Shown: in pieces, positions 17,672-29,900 of the stretch
Layout: every line of letters starts with the position of its first letter
How positions within the stretch are numbered: the first letter of the stretch is position 1
Source of the DNA: a virus
Taxonomy: Duplodnaviria > Caudoviricetes
Virus record (IMG/VR): IMGVR_UViG_3300035703_000146
Span: 1 to 47,160 of that record
Length of the DNA stretch: 47,160 nt
Reading direction: 5' to 3' (one strand)
The notes under the pieces: model-generated
The model's input: only the letters and a program-made list of their open reading frames with translations
Databases searched by the model: none
What the model was told of the DNA's origin: nothing
Program-made: the position numbers and the translations under genes

Positions 17672-20600
17672 AACAGTACCGCTACAGCAAACAGTATTTG
17701 AGCAGGGTCCACAGGCTACCTTTGTTCCTCCCGCTCAGCAAGCACAGGTGTATCAGGAAGGTCAGGTTGTATTTGGTCAGCCCATCTACACCGTTGATCC
17801 CGGCATTGCATGGGATGCGTTAGGGGCCGAGGCTGCAAAGACAGCAAGTACTCTATTTGAAAACACCCTCAACTATCTTATTGAGTCTAAAGGTAATGCT
17901 GTTAGAGAACTAAAAGATAAGTATGAAAGTGAATTAAACACATTCTATAATAATCAAAGTTCTTTACTATACGCTAAAGATCCAGCTCAGCGAATTACTC
18001 CACAACAAAGCATTGATAATGTAAACAATAAGATTACCGAACTTCGGCAAAAGTTTTTATCTGAATCAGGCACAGCACTAGAAACAGATGAATACTTTGC
18101 AGATGAGTTTGAAATTAAAAAGTATGGAATGGCCTATCAGCGACTAGCTCTAACTGCACGAAACTCTTTAAGAGATTTTGATACAAGATCTAGTCGTTTG
18201 CTTTATGATACACAGCGAGTAGTAAACGGACTTGAAAAAGAAAAGTCTGAGTTTGGTTCATGGAAGAATTCTGATATTGGAAAGCGACCAGATAAACTAG
18301 AGCCTCTTGCTCTTACTGGTAACGCTCCACTCCCAACCAAAGATGGGTATCCAATTATTGGTTTCCAAGAAACTGAAGATGGAACTCCAACTGTTCCTTA
18401 CACAGCAATGATTAACGGGGTTGAAACCCCTGTTGTTCAAAGAGATGAAAACAACAATTGGGTTTTAATTCCCGAAGCTCTTGAAGCCCTTCCTGAAAAA
18501 CAATTAGAACTTGCTTTCAGGATTGATCAAGAAGCTTATGGTGACAACTCTGCTGTACTTAGTGCTGGTGGTCAACCAACAGCATTCTTTGAAGGGGCAC
18601 TTAAGCAAGCAGCAAAGAATCCACAGCTTAATGCAGGATTAACTGCTTATACAGCTATTGCATTAGCTCAGTTACCAGATCATACAGCAACACAAACTAT
18701 CAGTGGATTGAGCGGTCTAGAAGAAGATGATAGGTTAATGCTTTCAATGCTACGGCAACACTTTATTAATGGTGGTCGTAAAGACAGCATGCCAAGCATT
18801 ACTGGATTAAACAGAGATGTGCTAAGAACAAACGCAACAGCAATTCAAAAGCTTCGTTTAAGTCCTACAATTGCTGGTGTAGCTACAAGGCCAACTGAAG
18901 TTGCTAAGTATAAAGAGCTAACAGCAACCCTAACAGAAATTGCTCAGCAATACGAACTTCCTGTTGAAGACAATGCACTTAGTCTTACTAAAGGTCCATA
19001 TGATTTAACTGATACAGACGGACTGACTGCATCCGCTTTACTACAAGATAACCCTGTATTGGTTTATGCTTTAGCTCGGGTTTCTACAATGATGGATTCA
19101 AATCCATCTTTATACGCAAACGACCCAGAGTTAAAAGAAGAAACAATGAAGCGTATCTTTAAAGAAGTAATCACTACCGAAGGATACTTTGTAACTCAAA
19201 ACCCAAACACAGGAAGTCCTCTTATTGTTTACTCTCGCGGGTTGGGTCATGTTAATAAAGCAAGACAACTTATTAAAGAAGATCCAATGATGCTAAAGGA
19301 TCTTCCAGAACTACAAGAGGCTGCTAAAGAAGATCCAAATATTGTTGATGGTGTTATTGCTAATTCATATCTATATGAAACTCAGTGGGCAACTAACAGA
19401 AACGCAGCAGACGAAAAACAAATTGCTTTTGATACGGCTAGAAGAATCAACCCACAAGTTGATTTAGAAGTGCTTGAAGCAATCTACGATGCTGCAGTAA
19501 CTGTGAATCAAGACCCAAAGACAAAAGCTAGGGTGGCCGCTAGAACACAAGATCCTCTAACCTTTGGTCAAATCTTAAGAATGACTGTTGCTTCTTCTCC
19601 TGCTGCAATGGAACAAACAGGTAAAGTTGTAATCGAAGGTAGACAAAACATAGTCGCGGATTTTGAAGATAGATTAATGGCTGCTAAACAAGTGTGGGAT
19701 GATACGGATTTTAACGACGGCTCTGATAATGCTGTCTTAGAATTTGATACTAATCCAGCTATGTTTAGTTTTATGGGCGCACCTACTGGTGGTATTCCAT
19801 TAAAGATTAGACAGCTAAAAGGAAAGTCTGGTAAAGACTACTTTCCATTTATTGTTGGTGACTCACAAAGAAACTTCGGAGCATTCTCTCCAAAGCTAGA
19901 TGACAACACTCCAATGATGTTTATCAAGGCTGAAACAGATACCCAAGGAATGGATCAGTATAGACTCAATCTTAGTATTAGTAAATACTTAGATGCTAAA
20001 CGGGGTAAGCCAGCAATTAGGTATGTAGATTATTCTACAGAACGACCTCCAAATGTTGGTCCCTTGTCAGCCCAAGATGTCATCAATGTGACAAATGAAC
20101 GGTATCTACCACTTGACTTTAATCCTGTAGGTAATGCTGATGCTCCATTAACTACCTTTGAAGCAGCTGATAATTTTAGAATCATTAATAGTCAGGCTAT
20201 TCAGGAAGCTGTTAAAGCAGATCCTTCATTAAAAGATGTTGTTCCGTTGCTATACGAAGTTGCTAGAGATAAAGACGGAACAGTAATGTATGAAGAAAAC
20301 AAAACAGTTTTCTCACGAACAAATCTACGAAAGCTATTTGATAAGGCTGTAAAGCAAGGCGCTAAAACCAATAGAGATTATGTTGGTTATATCTTTAGAG
20401 CTATGCGAAATTATCAGCAAAACGATCAGCAAGATGCCGGAAGAAAAGTATCTTTAGCTGAAGCTACTAACTCCCCCTTTACTGCTTTCTTAGGACAAGA
20501 AGGAAAAGAAAAAGGAGTTGTATTATATGAGCCTAGCACTGTAAGATTCTTTGATGGTGTCGATGCTTATGTCAGTACTGGTTACAATTTATTTGCTAAA

Positions 20601-20879
20601 GGTAATCAGTACTATATGTTTAAGCCTGATGAATTGAGTATTGAGCAAGCTAGAAGCAGTGGTTATAAGTTAATCATAGATCATGCCAATAAAGATCAAC
20701 AAGCTCCTACAGATTTTACTGTATTAAAAACTAAAAAAGATAGGATTGAGCAAGCTAAATCTATGCTGTTTAGTTCTAGAACTAGTCCACTAACTGAACG
20801 GGAAAAGTTTAGACAACAGCTCTTCTTACAAATTACTCAACCAAGAGAACAAGTACCCGCTATAATGTTACAACAATAA
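17664..20879 (+). CDS. large internal virion protein (gp15-position)
   Basis: Start moved to ATG 17664 after GGAG. About 1071 aa, between the gp14-like gene and the giant gene. Confidence 0.5.
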   Translation: MAETVPLQQTVFEQGPQATFVPPAQQAQVYQEGQVVFGQPIYTVDPGIAWDALGAEAAKTASTLFENTLNYLIESKGNAVRELKDKYESELNTFYNNQSSLLYAKDPAQRITPQQSIDNVNNKITELRQKFLSESGTALETDEYFADEFEIKKYGMAYQRLALTARNSLRDFDTRSSRLLYDTQRVVNGLEKEKSEFGSWKNSDIGKRPDKLEPLALTGNAPLPTKDGYPIIGFQETEDGTPTVPYTAMINGVETPVVQRDENNNWVLIPEALEALPEKQLELAFRIDQEAYGDNSAVLSAGGQPTAFFEGALKQAAKNPQLNAGLTAYTAIALAQLPDHTATQTISGLSGLEEDDRLMLSMLRQHFINGGRKDSMPSITGLNRDVLRTNATAIQKLRLSPTIAGVATRPTEVAKYKELTATLTEIAQQYELPVEDNALSLTKGPYDLTDTDGLTASALLQDNPVLVYALARVSTMMDSNPSLYANDPELKEETMKRIFKEVITTEGYFVTQNPNTGSPLIVYSRGLGHVNKARQLIKEDPMMLKDLPELQEAAKEDPNIVDGVIANSYLYETQWATNRNAADEKQIAFDTARRINPQVDLEVLEAIYDAAVTVNQDPKTKARVAARTQDPLTFGQILRMTVASSPAAMEQTGKVVIEGRQNIVADFEDRLMAAKQVWDDTDFNDGSDNAVLEFDTNPAMFSFMGAPTGGIPLKIRQLKGKSGKDYFPFIVGDSQRNFGAFSPKLDDNTPMMFIKAETDTQGMDQYRLNLSISKYLDAKRGKPAIRYVDYSTERPPNVGPLSAQDVINVTNERYLPLDFNPVGNADAPLTTFEAADNFRIINSQAIQEAVKADPSLKDVVPLLYEVARDKDGTVMYEENKTVFSRTNLRKLFDKAVKQGAKTNRDYVGYIFRAMRNYQQNDQQDAGRKVSLAEATNSPFTAFLGQEGKEKGVVLYEPSTVRFFDGVDAYVSTGYNLFAKGNQYYMFKPDELSIEQARSSGYKLIIDHANKDQQAPTDFTVLKTKKDRIEQAKSMLFSSRTSPLTEREKFRQQLFLQITQPREQVPAIMLQQ

Positions 20880-20917
20880 TCCTGTTTATGGCGTGAGAAC
20901 CCCCAGAAAGGATATGA

Positions 20918-23900
20918 ATGTTTAATTACACACAAGGTTTTCCTTTAGTTGAAGACCGACCTAGTGCTGGCCTGTTAAGTCTTAAGGCTTACACACCAGC
21001 ACAGGTATTATCTGCATATGATGGAGATAACTTAGAATTCTTAGATAGCTCTAAAATATCTGATCCACTATATTGGACTAGAGGTGAAACTAAGAAAGCA
21101 GAAACCTATAATGAATGGTTTGCTATTCAGCAAGCTCTTGGAACTTTAGAAGGAAACCTTACTGGTATTTCCGATCAGTACTTAGGTATTGCCAATGAAC
21201 CACTAAAGGGTGCTGCATTAAGACAATTAGTAGGAAAAGCTCCTCTTACTCCGTGGAGATGGAGCGATAGTGAACTTACAGAAGAAGCCTTAGCACAAGA
21301 CCAAAAAGAACTAAATACACTATTAGAGGCAGAGCAAGGAATAGATATTGCTTCTATTCCTGTCGATCAACTAACAGAAAACCAAAACCTAATTAGAAAA
21401 CTTGCGAGTAAGTTTGCGTATGTTGAAGCAGAAAAGAAAGCAAAAGATAAGTTAGGGTTTAACTGGCTTGATCTTTTAGATGCTCAAGAAATTTTTGGTA
21501 TCTCTTTATCCGATAGAGAACTAGCGGGTGACACTAAAGATATTGAAGAAAGACTATCAAGGTTTGATCCAAACTTTGATTCTAAGTCTTGGTTTGCTTC
21601 TAAGTTTTCTGATGAGATTGTAAATAGAGGTTTGCTTGAAAATGGAATTACAGCTGACTTAATTGCTGATGCTCCTAATGAAGATGCGGCTTTTATGCGA
21701 ATCATGTCTCGTCTTTCTATTACAGACCTTCAGCGACGAGCCGCTTCATATACCCCAACAACCCTAGATAAAGGTCGGTTATTCCGCGATACAATTATAA
21801 CAGGTGTTATCAATAGCCCAGATACAATTCCATCGGTTGTTGCTGAATTAGGATTAGCTGGTCTAGCTACTGCGTTTGGAACGCCTGCTGCTGGTGCTGC
21901 TACCCTAGGTGCAACTAGCGCAGTAACAAGCGCATTAGGCGGAACCTCAGTCTTTATGCGTCTTAAAAGAGCGTATGATGCTATTGGAGCAGCCAGTAAA
22001 ACAATGAAGGTAGCTGGCTATGCTGCAGAAACCTTGTATAAGATGCCTATTGGTATTATGCCAAGTTATGTAAAGAACTTTGGTTTAATTCGAGGAACTG
22101 CTGCATCTTTTACCTTTGGTGCTGTTCAAGGTGGCATGGCTGAATATGCACGACAGCAAAGAGAGATTGCTTTCGGTGCATCTACTTTATATGCTACACC
22201 AAACGCAATGACTGATTACAACCTTTCTCTTGTTGCGAGAAGCGCATTAGAAAGTGGAGCTGCATTTGGTACTGTATTTGGACTTGGTGGTGGTTTACTA
22301 AGAAGTGGTGTTGGCGCTCTAAAAAACAGAATGAGCGGTGTTCTAATTGATCCAGTAACTGGAGTTAGAAACATTGCTGACCAACGCTTTACTTTTGAAA
22401 GCACACCACTAGGAAACACAATTGACAACATTCGTAACTTTGTTGGTAAAGAAGAACGAGCTTTAATTGATGCTCCTGTTCCTGATCAGCTTGCAGTTGA
22501 GTCAATTCTAAACAGAACAGAAGTAACAACCGATACTTTAGTTTCTAGAACAGAAGCAAGAGTAGACCGGGTTGAAACAAGAGAGGCTGCTAGATCTCCT
22601 GATGCCGCAAGAGCCACACCAGAAGATGCTGGTACACGACGATACGAAGGTGAAACCATTCCTGAGTATATTGCCCGTGTAGCACCAAACCGTGCTATTA
22701 GAAACATTTATGAAATCATGTCTGAGATTGCTAGACGAACACCAACAGAAGGTAGCTTGCGTCTAATTGAATCCTCAGAACAGTTTGATAACATGTCTAT
22801 TCAAGACCAGATGCGTGTGTTATTCAATTCCAAGAAAGTATTGGAAGACGCAAAGAAAGCAGAGACAGATTCAGTAGGTCTACCTAAAGAGCGTGAGCGT
22901 CTTTATGACGAACTAGAAAAAAGCCGAAAGTCTTGGTTTGCTCGTTTAAAAAAGAAACTACCAAAGGCTGCATTCAAAGCTTTAAAAGAAGAACTAGAAG
23001 AAAACAAAAAGGCTTCTGGCAAGCGACTGCCTGATCTACTTAAAGAAGCTCGTAACACAGGTAAGACAGCCGCAGAGCGCAAGGCTGCTTCAGATGAGCT
23101 AGCTGCCAGACTGCTTGAAACAGCGTCTGCTATGGCAGCTGCACCCGACCGTGAGGCTGCTATTAGAGCAACGGTTCCTCCTGAAGTATTAGATAGCCTT
23201 GAAGCAGCAGTTGTTGAACAACATCTTACTGGTACTATTAGCAATGAAACTGCCGATAGTATTATAAAGAATATTGCTGGTGAAGAAGTTGAAACTAAAC
23301 TTTCACCACTTAACCGTGTTGCTAGAGCCGCTAAGAATGCAATTACTGTTGCAAAGATTAGTCCAGACAGAGTAAAGAAAATCAAAGCTATTATCAAAGA
23401 TCCAGATAGTTTCGTATCTGTTATTGATGGCGATAAAGACAATGCTTTAAGATTCTTTGACTTTGTAAATGAGCTTGTCTTAAATGACATGATTTCAGAG
23501 ATAGATAGAAACTTACTTCTAGCTTCTACTGTTCATCTTAACTTTAGTTCTAAAGCTTTTAATATTCAGTTTGCTGTTGAAAGTGTATTAGAAAACGGCA
23601 AGATTCAGCCAGATATTGTTGGAATCTTCAGAAGAAGAAACAACTCTATTGTAATGAATTCCGATTTTACAGGAACAACAGCCAGCATTAAGCGTCGAAG
23701 AGCTAAGACACTACTGCATGAATTAGGCCATGCTTACTTTGCACACGAAGCAAGCGGAGCTAATTACTTAGATGCACTAAGACTATATAACAAAACAATT
23801 CTTACCAGCGGCGTTGAGCTAATGAGAGTTCGACCAGAGACTACTGATCCATTATTGGATTCAGCTTTCTTAGGTCAGTACCACATGCAAAACGCAGAAG

Positions 23901-26900
23901 AAATGTTTGTTCAGACTTTCTCACAAATTCTGTTTACCGAAGCAGAAGCAGCCATTAACACATTCAGTCCTCCTCAAGTATCTAGAGCAAGAAATGTTTT
24001 AGACAAGCTAGCAACTAATATAACACTAGCTGCTGCTATGTTTAATAAGTCTGATTACTATAACGCGGCTAAAGATATTATTGATTCAATTACAGAAGTC
24101 GATAGCAAGCTAAAGGATAGGGTTTCAATGCCAACCTTGGCTAGAACTTATTCTAAGCTTTATCCACTGTTTGATACTGTAACTGATGCTGCTGAGTATA
24201 ACAAAAAGATTGATGCTGAGTTTCCTAATCAGGATATGAAACCCTATCATCTTAATCAAGCTGAAGTAGATCTATTCGCAAAAACTAAAGGAGATCCTAG
24301 CTTCATTATTGCAATGACAATTATGAAAGCAGATCGAAGATCCTTTATTGATGCAAACGGAAACTTTACTAAAAGCATTGTTGATCTGGTTAAAGCCTAT
24401 AATGATTATAAGACAACACAGCTTACTTCAATGCAGATCAAAATTGCATTCTTAGTTGGTTCATTAAACTATAAAAAGATTGAAGCTTTAGATAAGTTTG
24501 ATAGACTAGACTTCATTAAGGATGAGCTATTCTCTATTTATTCTCGTACAATCTTTAAAGGCAAGTCTAAGCGAACACTGGTTCCAGCAACTTATGAAGA
24601 CTTAGATGCTTTAAAGAATCTAGATACAATGGATTACTTAGACCCAACAGGCAACAGTGTTCCATATGCTGTCGGATTCTTTGGAACAAGTGGTGAGACT
24701 TTAATCAATGCTATTGCTTCTACACAATCAAAAGGTAAAGCCTTGGTTGCTGATGCTCTATCTGCTGATGATGTTGCTAAGCTTGTTGGTGTAATGAGAA
24801 CAGATGCGGCTATGACAACCAATCTAATTGATCGTCTAAGAATTTATTTAGATAACATTGGATTGCCAGAACTAGCTAATGTTGTAACTGAAGTCAACCA
24901 TCTTGCTTACATTGAAAGACTCAAGACTGAAGGTATGCTAGATGTTCGGGGTACTAATACTGAATCACCCGAATTTAAAACATGGTTTGGTTCTAGCAAA
25001 GTTGTAGATGGATCAGGACAGCCATTAATCCTTTATCACGGTACAAGTAAAGATACAGACTTTACAAAGTTCCGTATTGGTAAGCGTGGTGCTTGGTTTA
25101 CAACTGATGCTGCAAGTGCATCCAAATATGCAATGGAAAACGACAGCCAAAAACTTATATTTGAATATGATTATATTCAGAAAAGAGAAGTAGGCCGTCA
25201 AGTTAATACCGCATCTAGGGTTATTCCTGTTTACTTGAAAATTGAAAGACCAGCAAAACTAACTCCAGAAGAGTTACAAGGTTTACAGCTTGCTCAAAAT
25301 TATGCAAAGTATCAAGCAGACTTGTTTGAAAAATATAAGAGAGCTGGTTATGATGGTGTTGATATGGGTGATGGTGTATGGGTTGTTTTTGAACCAACTC
25401 AAATCAAATCTATTTACAACCGTGGAACCTTTGATCCAGCTGTTGCTGATATTCGTCGCAATGTAGTTGAACCAGAACCATCAACTCCTATCTGGCCTAA
25501 CAAAGAAGTTGCTAATACTTCACTAGCTTTAATGTTAAAAGAAAAGCTATCAGTAGAGCAAATCAAAGTTATTCTAAAAGCCAACCTTTCATCTTCAACC
25601 TATAGTTATATTACCAATAAGTACTCTACTCCTAAGAAACTACTTGGAGCAGTAAGTAAACTAATAGACGAAGATGGTCTTGTGTTTAATCAAGACTCTC
25701 AACGATGGGGTATTAAGTTAACATCAGCTAAACCTAAAGTTACTGTTGAAGCCCAAGCTCAAGCTATAAGCTTGGAGACTACGGTTTTAACAAAAGATAA
25801 CTTAATGAAGGTTATTGCTCGTATTGGAGAAAAGTATTCAAAAGGTGCAGATACTGATGAGTACTTTACTGAAGCCCTTGCTAGCATGATGATGCCAAAA
25901 GAGCAAGCTGTTAGTGGTATTGCTGGAAACCTAGAACTAATTCTATCTAAGATTGAAAATGGTAGTCTAGCAACAGTTAAAGACTTTGTAAATTACATTC
26001 ACGCTACTGCTAATAATCTCAGAAAGAATCAGCAAAAGAAAGCGCCAGAAGTAAAAGCAACTGCTGCTGATAGGATTGTAACTACTAAGAAAGATATACG
26101 GTTTACTATTCTGAGTGAAGCTTTAGCATTCAACACAGCAACCCAAGGTAGACTACTTACTCCACAAGAAATTGAACTCATCAGAGTATTCAATGAATCA
26201 AGCAGCATGGCTGAAGCTGGAGCTAAGCTAAAGCGTTCAGCACGAACTGCTGGAAACTATAGAGCAAAGCTAATTGCAAAGATTACTGATGTCTTTGAGC
26301 AAGCATCAATCAGACTTGATAGTGATCGAACTGCTATTGCAGCAGCTCTAAACAAATACTTTGATACTGTAGCTAGTGTTGTTGATAAAGCAAAACCAGA
26401 TACAGAAAAGAAAGTAACTAGCAAAGTAACTGAAGCTAAGTCTAAGCCTGAAAAGAGTCCAGTTGAAGCTGGAGCAAGAATGGCACAGACAGCTGCGCTT
26501 GCTGAAAAGCTGAGGAACAAGAATCCAGATCCAGTTCCTGTACCTGTGCCTGCAAACACAGAAACTGTTCTTTACAAAGTAACTGATGAAGTTACGGGCA
26601 ACGAACCAGAAAAGGTTCTACGACCATCAGAACAAGCTGATGCTATCATTCATGGTTCACAGACAGCAGCTAAAGAAGCTGTTGCGTTTACTCCAAAGAA
26701 ACCACTATCAATGGACTTTGGTACAAGTGAAGCACTAGCCAGTCAACCAGAAAAGCTTGCAAGCATATTAAAGTCTGCAAGCAGATTGGGTTTTGATGCT
26801 CTGGTGTTTAAGGATGGTTCTGTAATCCCAATCAACATTGAAGAACTTCCTGTGGTTGGAAAGACTGTTATTAAGAAAGAACCAGATGCTCCTGCTGAGG

Positions 26901-29900
26901 TTGAGATTACTACAGTAGATAAGACTCCTGTATTAAATGTTATCTCTAAACCAAGACAGCCAGCACAGCCTAAAGCACAAAAAGAATCTTTCCCTGTTAA
27001 GGTGGTAAAGAAAAAGGTTTTACAAACAAAACCCAAATCAAAGGGTGGAAGTAAAACAAAACTAAGTGATCTTAAAAAAGAATTGCTTACTTCGTTTAAA
27101 ACACGAAAAGAAAGAATAGATCACTTAGTTAAACTTGGTTATGCAAAAGTTTTTAACACTGATTCAGGTAATACTCCTTTTGTTCTACTAGAAGACCGAT
27201 TGACTGTGGTAATTAATGTAAAAGGAAAAGATATTCCTTTTTATATTAGCACTGGTCTTGGCGGTAAAAAAGATGTTGCTGCTGGACAATGGTATCCATT
27301 CTTTGGTATGACAGAAGATAATTCTTGGTTTATCAAACTTACTGGTAAAGAGATTAATGATGTTTATGGTTCTCCTGAATTAAAAGCAGTTAAAGAACTA
27401 TTAGACGAATCCTTTGGTAATCTTGATGATGAAATGCAACAGCTACCAATGGGTAATACCTTAGAAGAAATGAGATCTATTAGATCTGAGTTTTATAAAG
27501 AAACTGGTCTTGATGGTGTATTAGCACAAAACAAAAAAGCTGTTGATTCTCTTTCTACTCTACTAAAAACATTAAATACTTCTGGAATTAAAAAAGGCGA
27601 TCCTTATAATAAAGTAAAAGCTTTTATTGATTCTGTTGTAAAAGAAATTAGTGAAGGTAAAGAATTAGAAGCACCTTCAGTAACACCAAGTACTCCACGA
27701 ATTCCAACTCCTCCAAAAAGAGAAGTACCTGTCGAACCAATCGAAAGCGATTTGGTAAAGACTCCAGAAACTGATGTAGTAGAACGCAAGACTAACGATG
27801 ATCCTGCTTTGCTACGACAGTCTGGAATGGATTCTAACTTCTTAAAGACATTCATCAAAAAGTATTGGGAATCAAAGATTGAAGCCGACTCAGGCACAAC
27901 CATGACCCCAATGTTTAAGAATATGTGGGCACACTTTGTCAATGTAAACCAATATATTGCAGACGCAAACAAGCGTGTTCTTGGTGATGATATTATGGAT
28001 AAGTTCTGGAAGGCGGTTGACCGTCTTCGTACTGAGTCTCTTCTTCGTAAAGTAACTGAAGGACCAGCAGGAAAGAAGCCACTAACATATCGACAGATGT
28101 TAGAGAAGGCAGCAGAAGAAATTAAAGTAGACGGTAAGCCTGACTTTGTAATTCCTCTGTTACCTGAAGAAATTAAGTTTGTAAAAGTAAACGCAGAAGG
28201 TGACTATAGGTTATCAGCCAGAAGCAAAAAGGCAAAAGACATTATTGATGCTGCTGGTGAAGACCCTAAGTTACCCGGACCTCCCAAGGCTGATGCAATC
28301 ATCAGAGAAGGAGAGGGACAGCCAGAGTTACCAATTAAGATTGAAGAAGAACCACCAACACCAAAAGAAAAAATTATTGATAATAAAATAAATCAATCTG
28401 AGGCTGGTGCTTCTAGATTGCTTAGATTCAATAACATGGTTGGAGCTATCTTTGGTGGAAACCAACGAGATAGTAAATCGTGGTGGGAAGACTTAATGAA
28501 TAAGTCAACCAATGCAACGCAGGGTACATCTGCATTAGGTAAGACTATTCGTAGTACTGTAGATCGTTTGTCTTTTGCTTCTAGATTCTTTGATGATACA
28601 AGAACACAAACGGCTCACTTAGTTGGTGCTGGTAAGACTGCGTTTAAAACAGCAATGCAACTACGCTCAGAAGAAGGTCGGTTAATGACTAGAATCTTCC
28701 GAGAGTATGCTAGACTCCACAACATTGTTCCTAAACTTACTAATGATGTGAGAGCTAAACTTGATATGTATGTATACGAGTCATTGTATAAAAATAGACA
28801 GCCTAACAAAGCTGATCTTGTTGCACTAGGAATACCAGTACACCTAGCTCAAGAAGTAGCTAAGCAAGCATCTATGCTTATCAAGTCTTCGCAAATTGCT
28901 AATAGAAACATATTAGAACTAGAAACACAGACAGGACGAATGAGTATTGTAGATGAAAATGGTAATCCTGTTTCCCATCTAACCTATGCTCCTGTGCAGC
29001 TAGACCATGAAGGTCTGGCAAGACTAGATCAAAATTCTAGAGCAGCACTGATCAATGCAATGGTAACTGCCCGAACTAATCGGAAGTTAAATGATCCAAT
29101 GCTTGATATGAATACCATGATTGTTATGGGCTGGCTTGATGTAGCCTTTAATGACGATGCTAAGACATTAAGTGTCTTTGCTCCTGATCGAACAATTAAG
29201 TATTCTGAATCTGCTAACATGTTTAGTAATGATACCCTTCTTAAGTTATTTGATTCTGAAATCAAAAAGGAAGGTATCACTGGTCGTAAGTCAGAAATTC
29301 TGAGGCTGCTCAGAAAGAGCAATCCAGAGAAATTCTTTGTGCTGGAATTCGATGATAAGTATGTTATCTACCGTGTTCCAGAAAAAGTTACTGATCTTGC
29401 TCCAGCTGATAAAGCTAAGTATGTGGAAGCTATCAAAGGTAATACAGCAATGTATACTGATAGATGGCGTACCATTCTTAACAACAAGAATCTCATTGAA
29501 CGGGAAATGAAGGAAATACTTAAGTTTAAGACTAAGCAATATCCTTATAATAACCCAGATGATTTCCATTCAGTTGCTAAACAACCTTTCTTTAAGATTG
29601 ATCCAGAGGGTAAAACTGCGTTGCCCATTCGTGGATTAACTCCAGAAGAAGTATTAAGTACGCCTGAGACTAGAGCTGTTCTACGAACAAACCTTTCTGA
29701 ATCTTACTTCTATTTCTTAAAGGGACGCTATTTTGAACTAGCGTTCCAAAGAGAGCTAGATAGGATGTTTGGTCAGACAGGAATCACAATACTAGATGTA
29801 TTTGATTATGTAGAAAAATCTAGTTATGAAGACTTTGATAGGATTGCAGAACTTGCTGGATGGACTCCAGAACAACTAAGCTATGCTCAAAAGAACTTGG

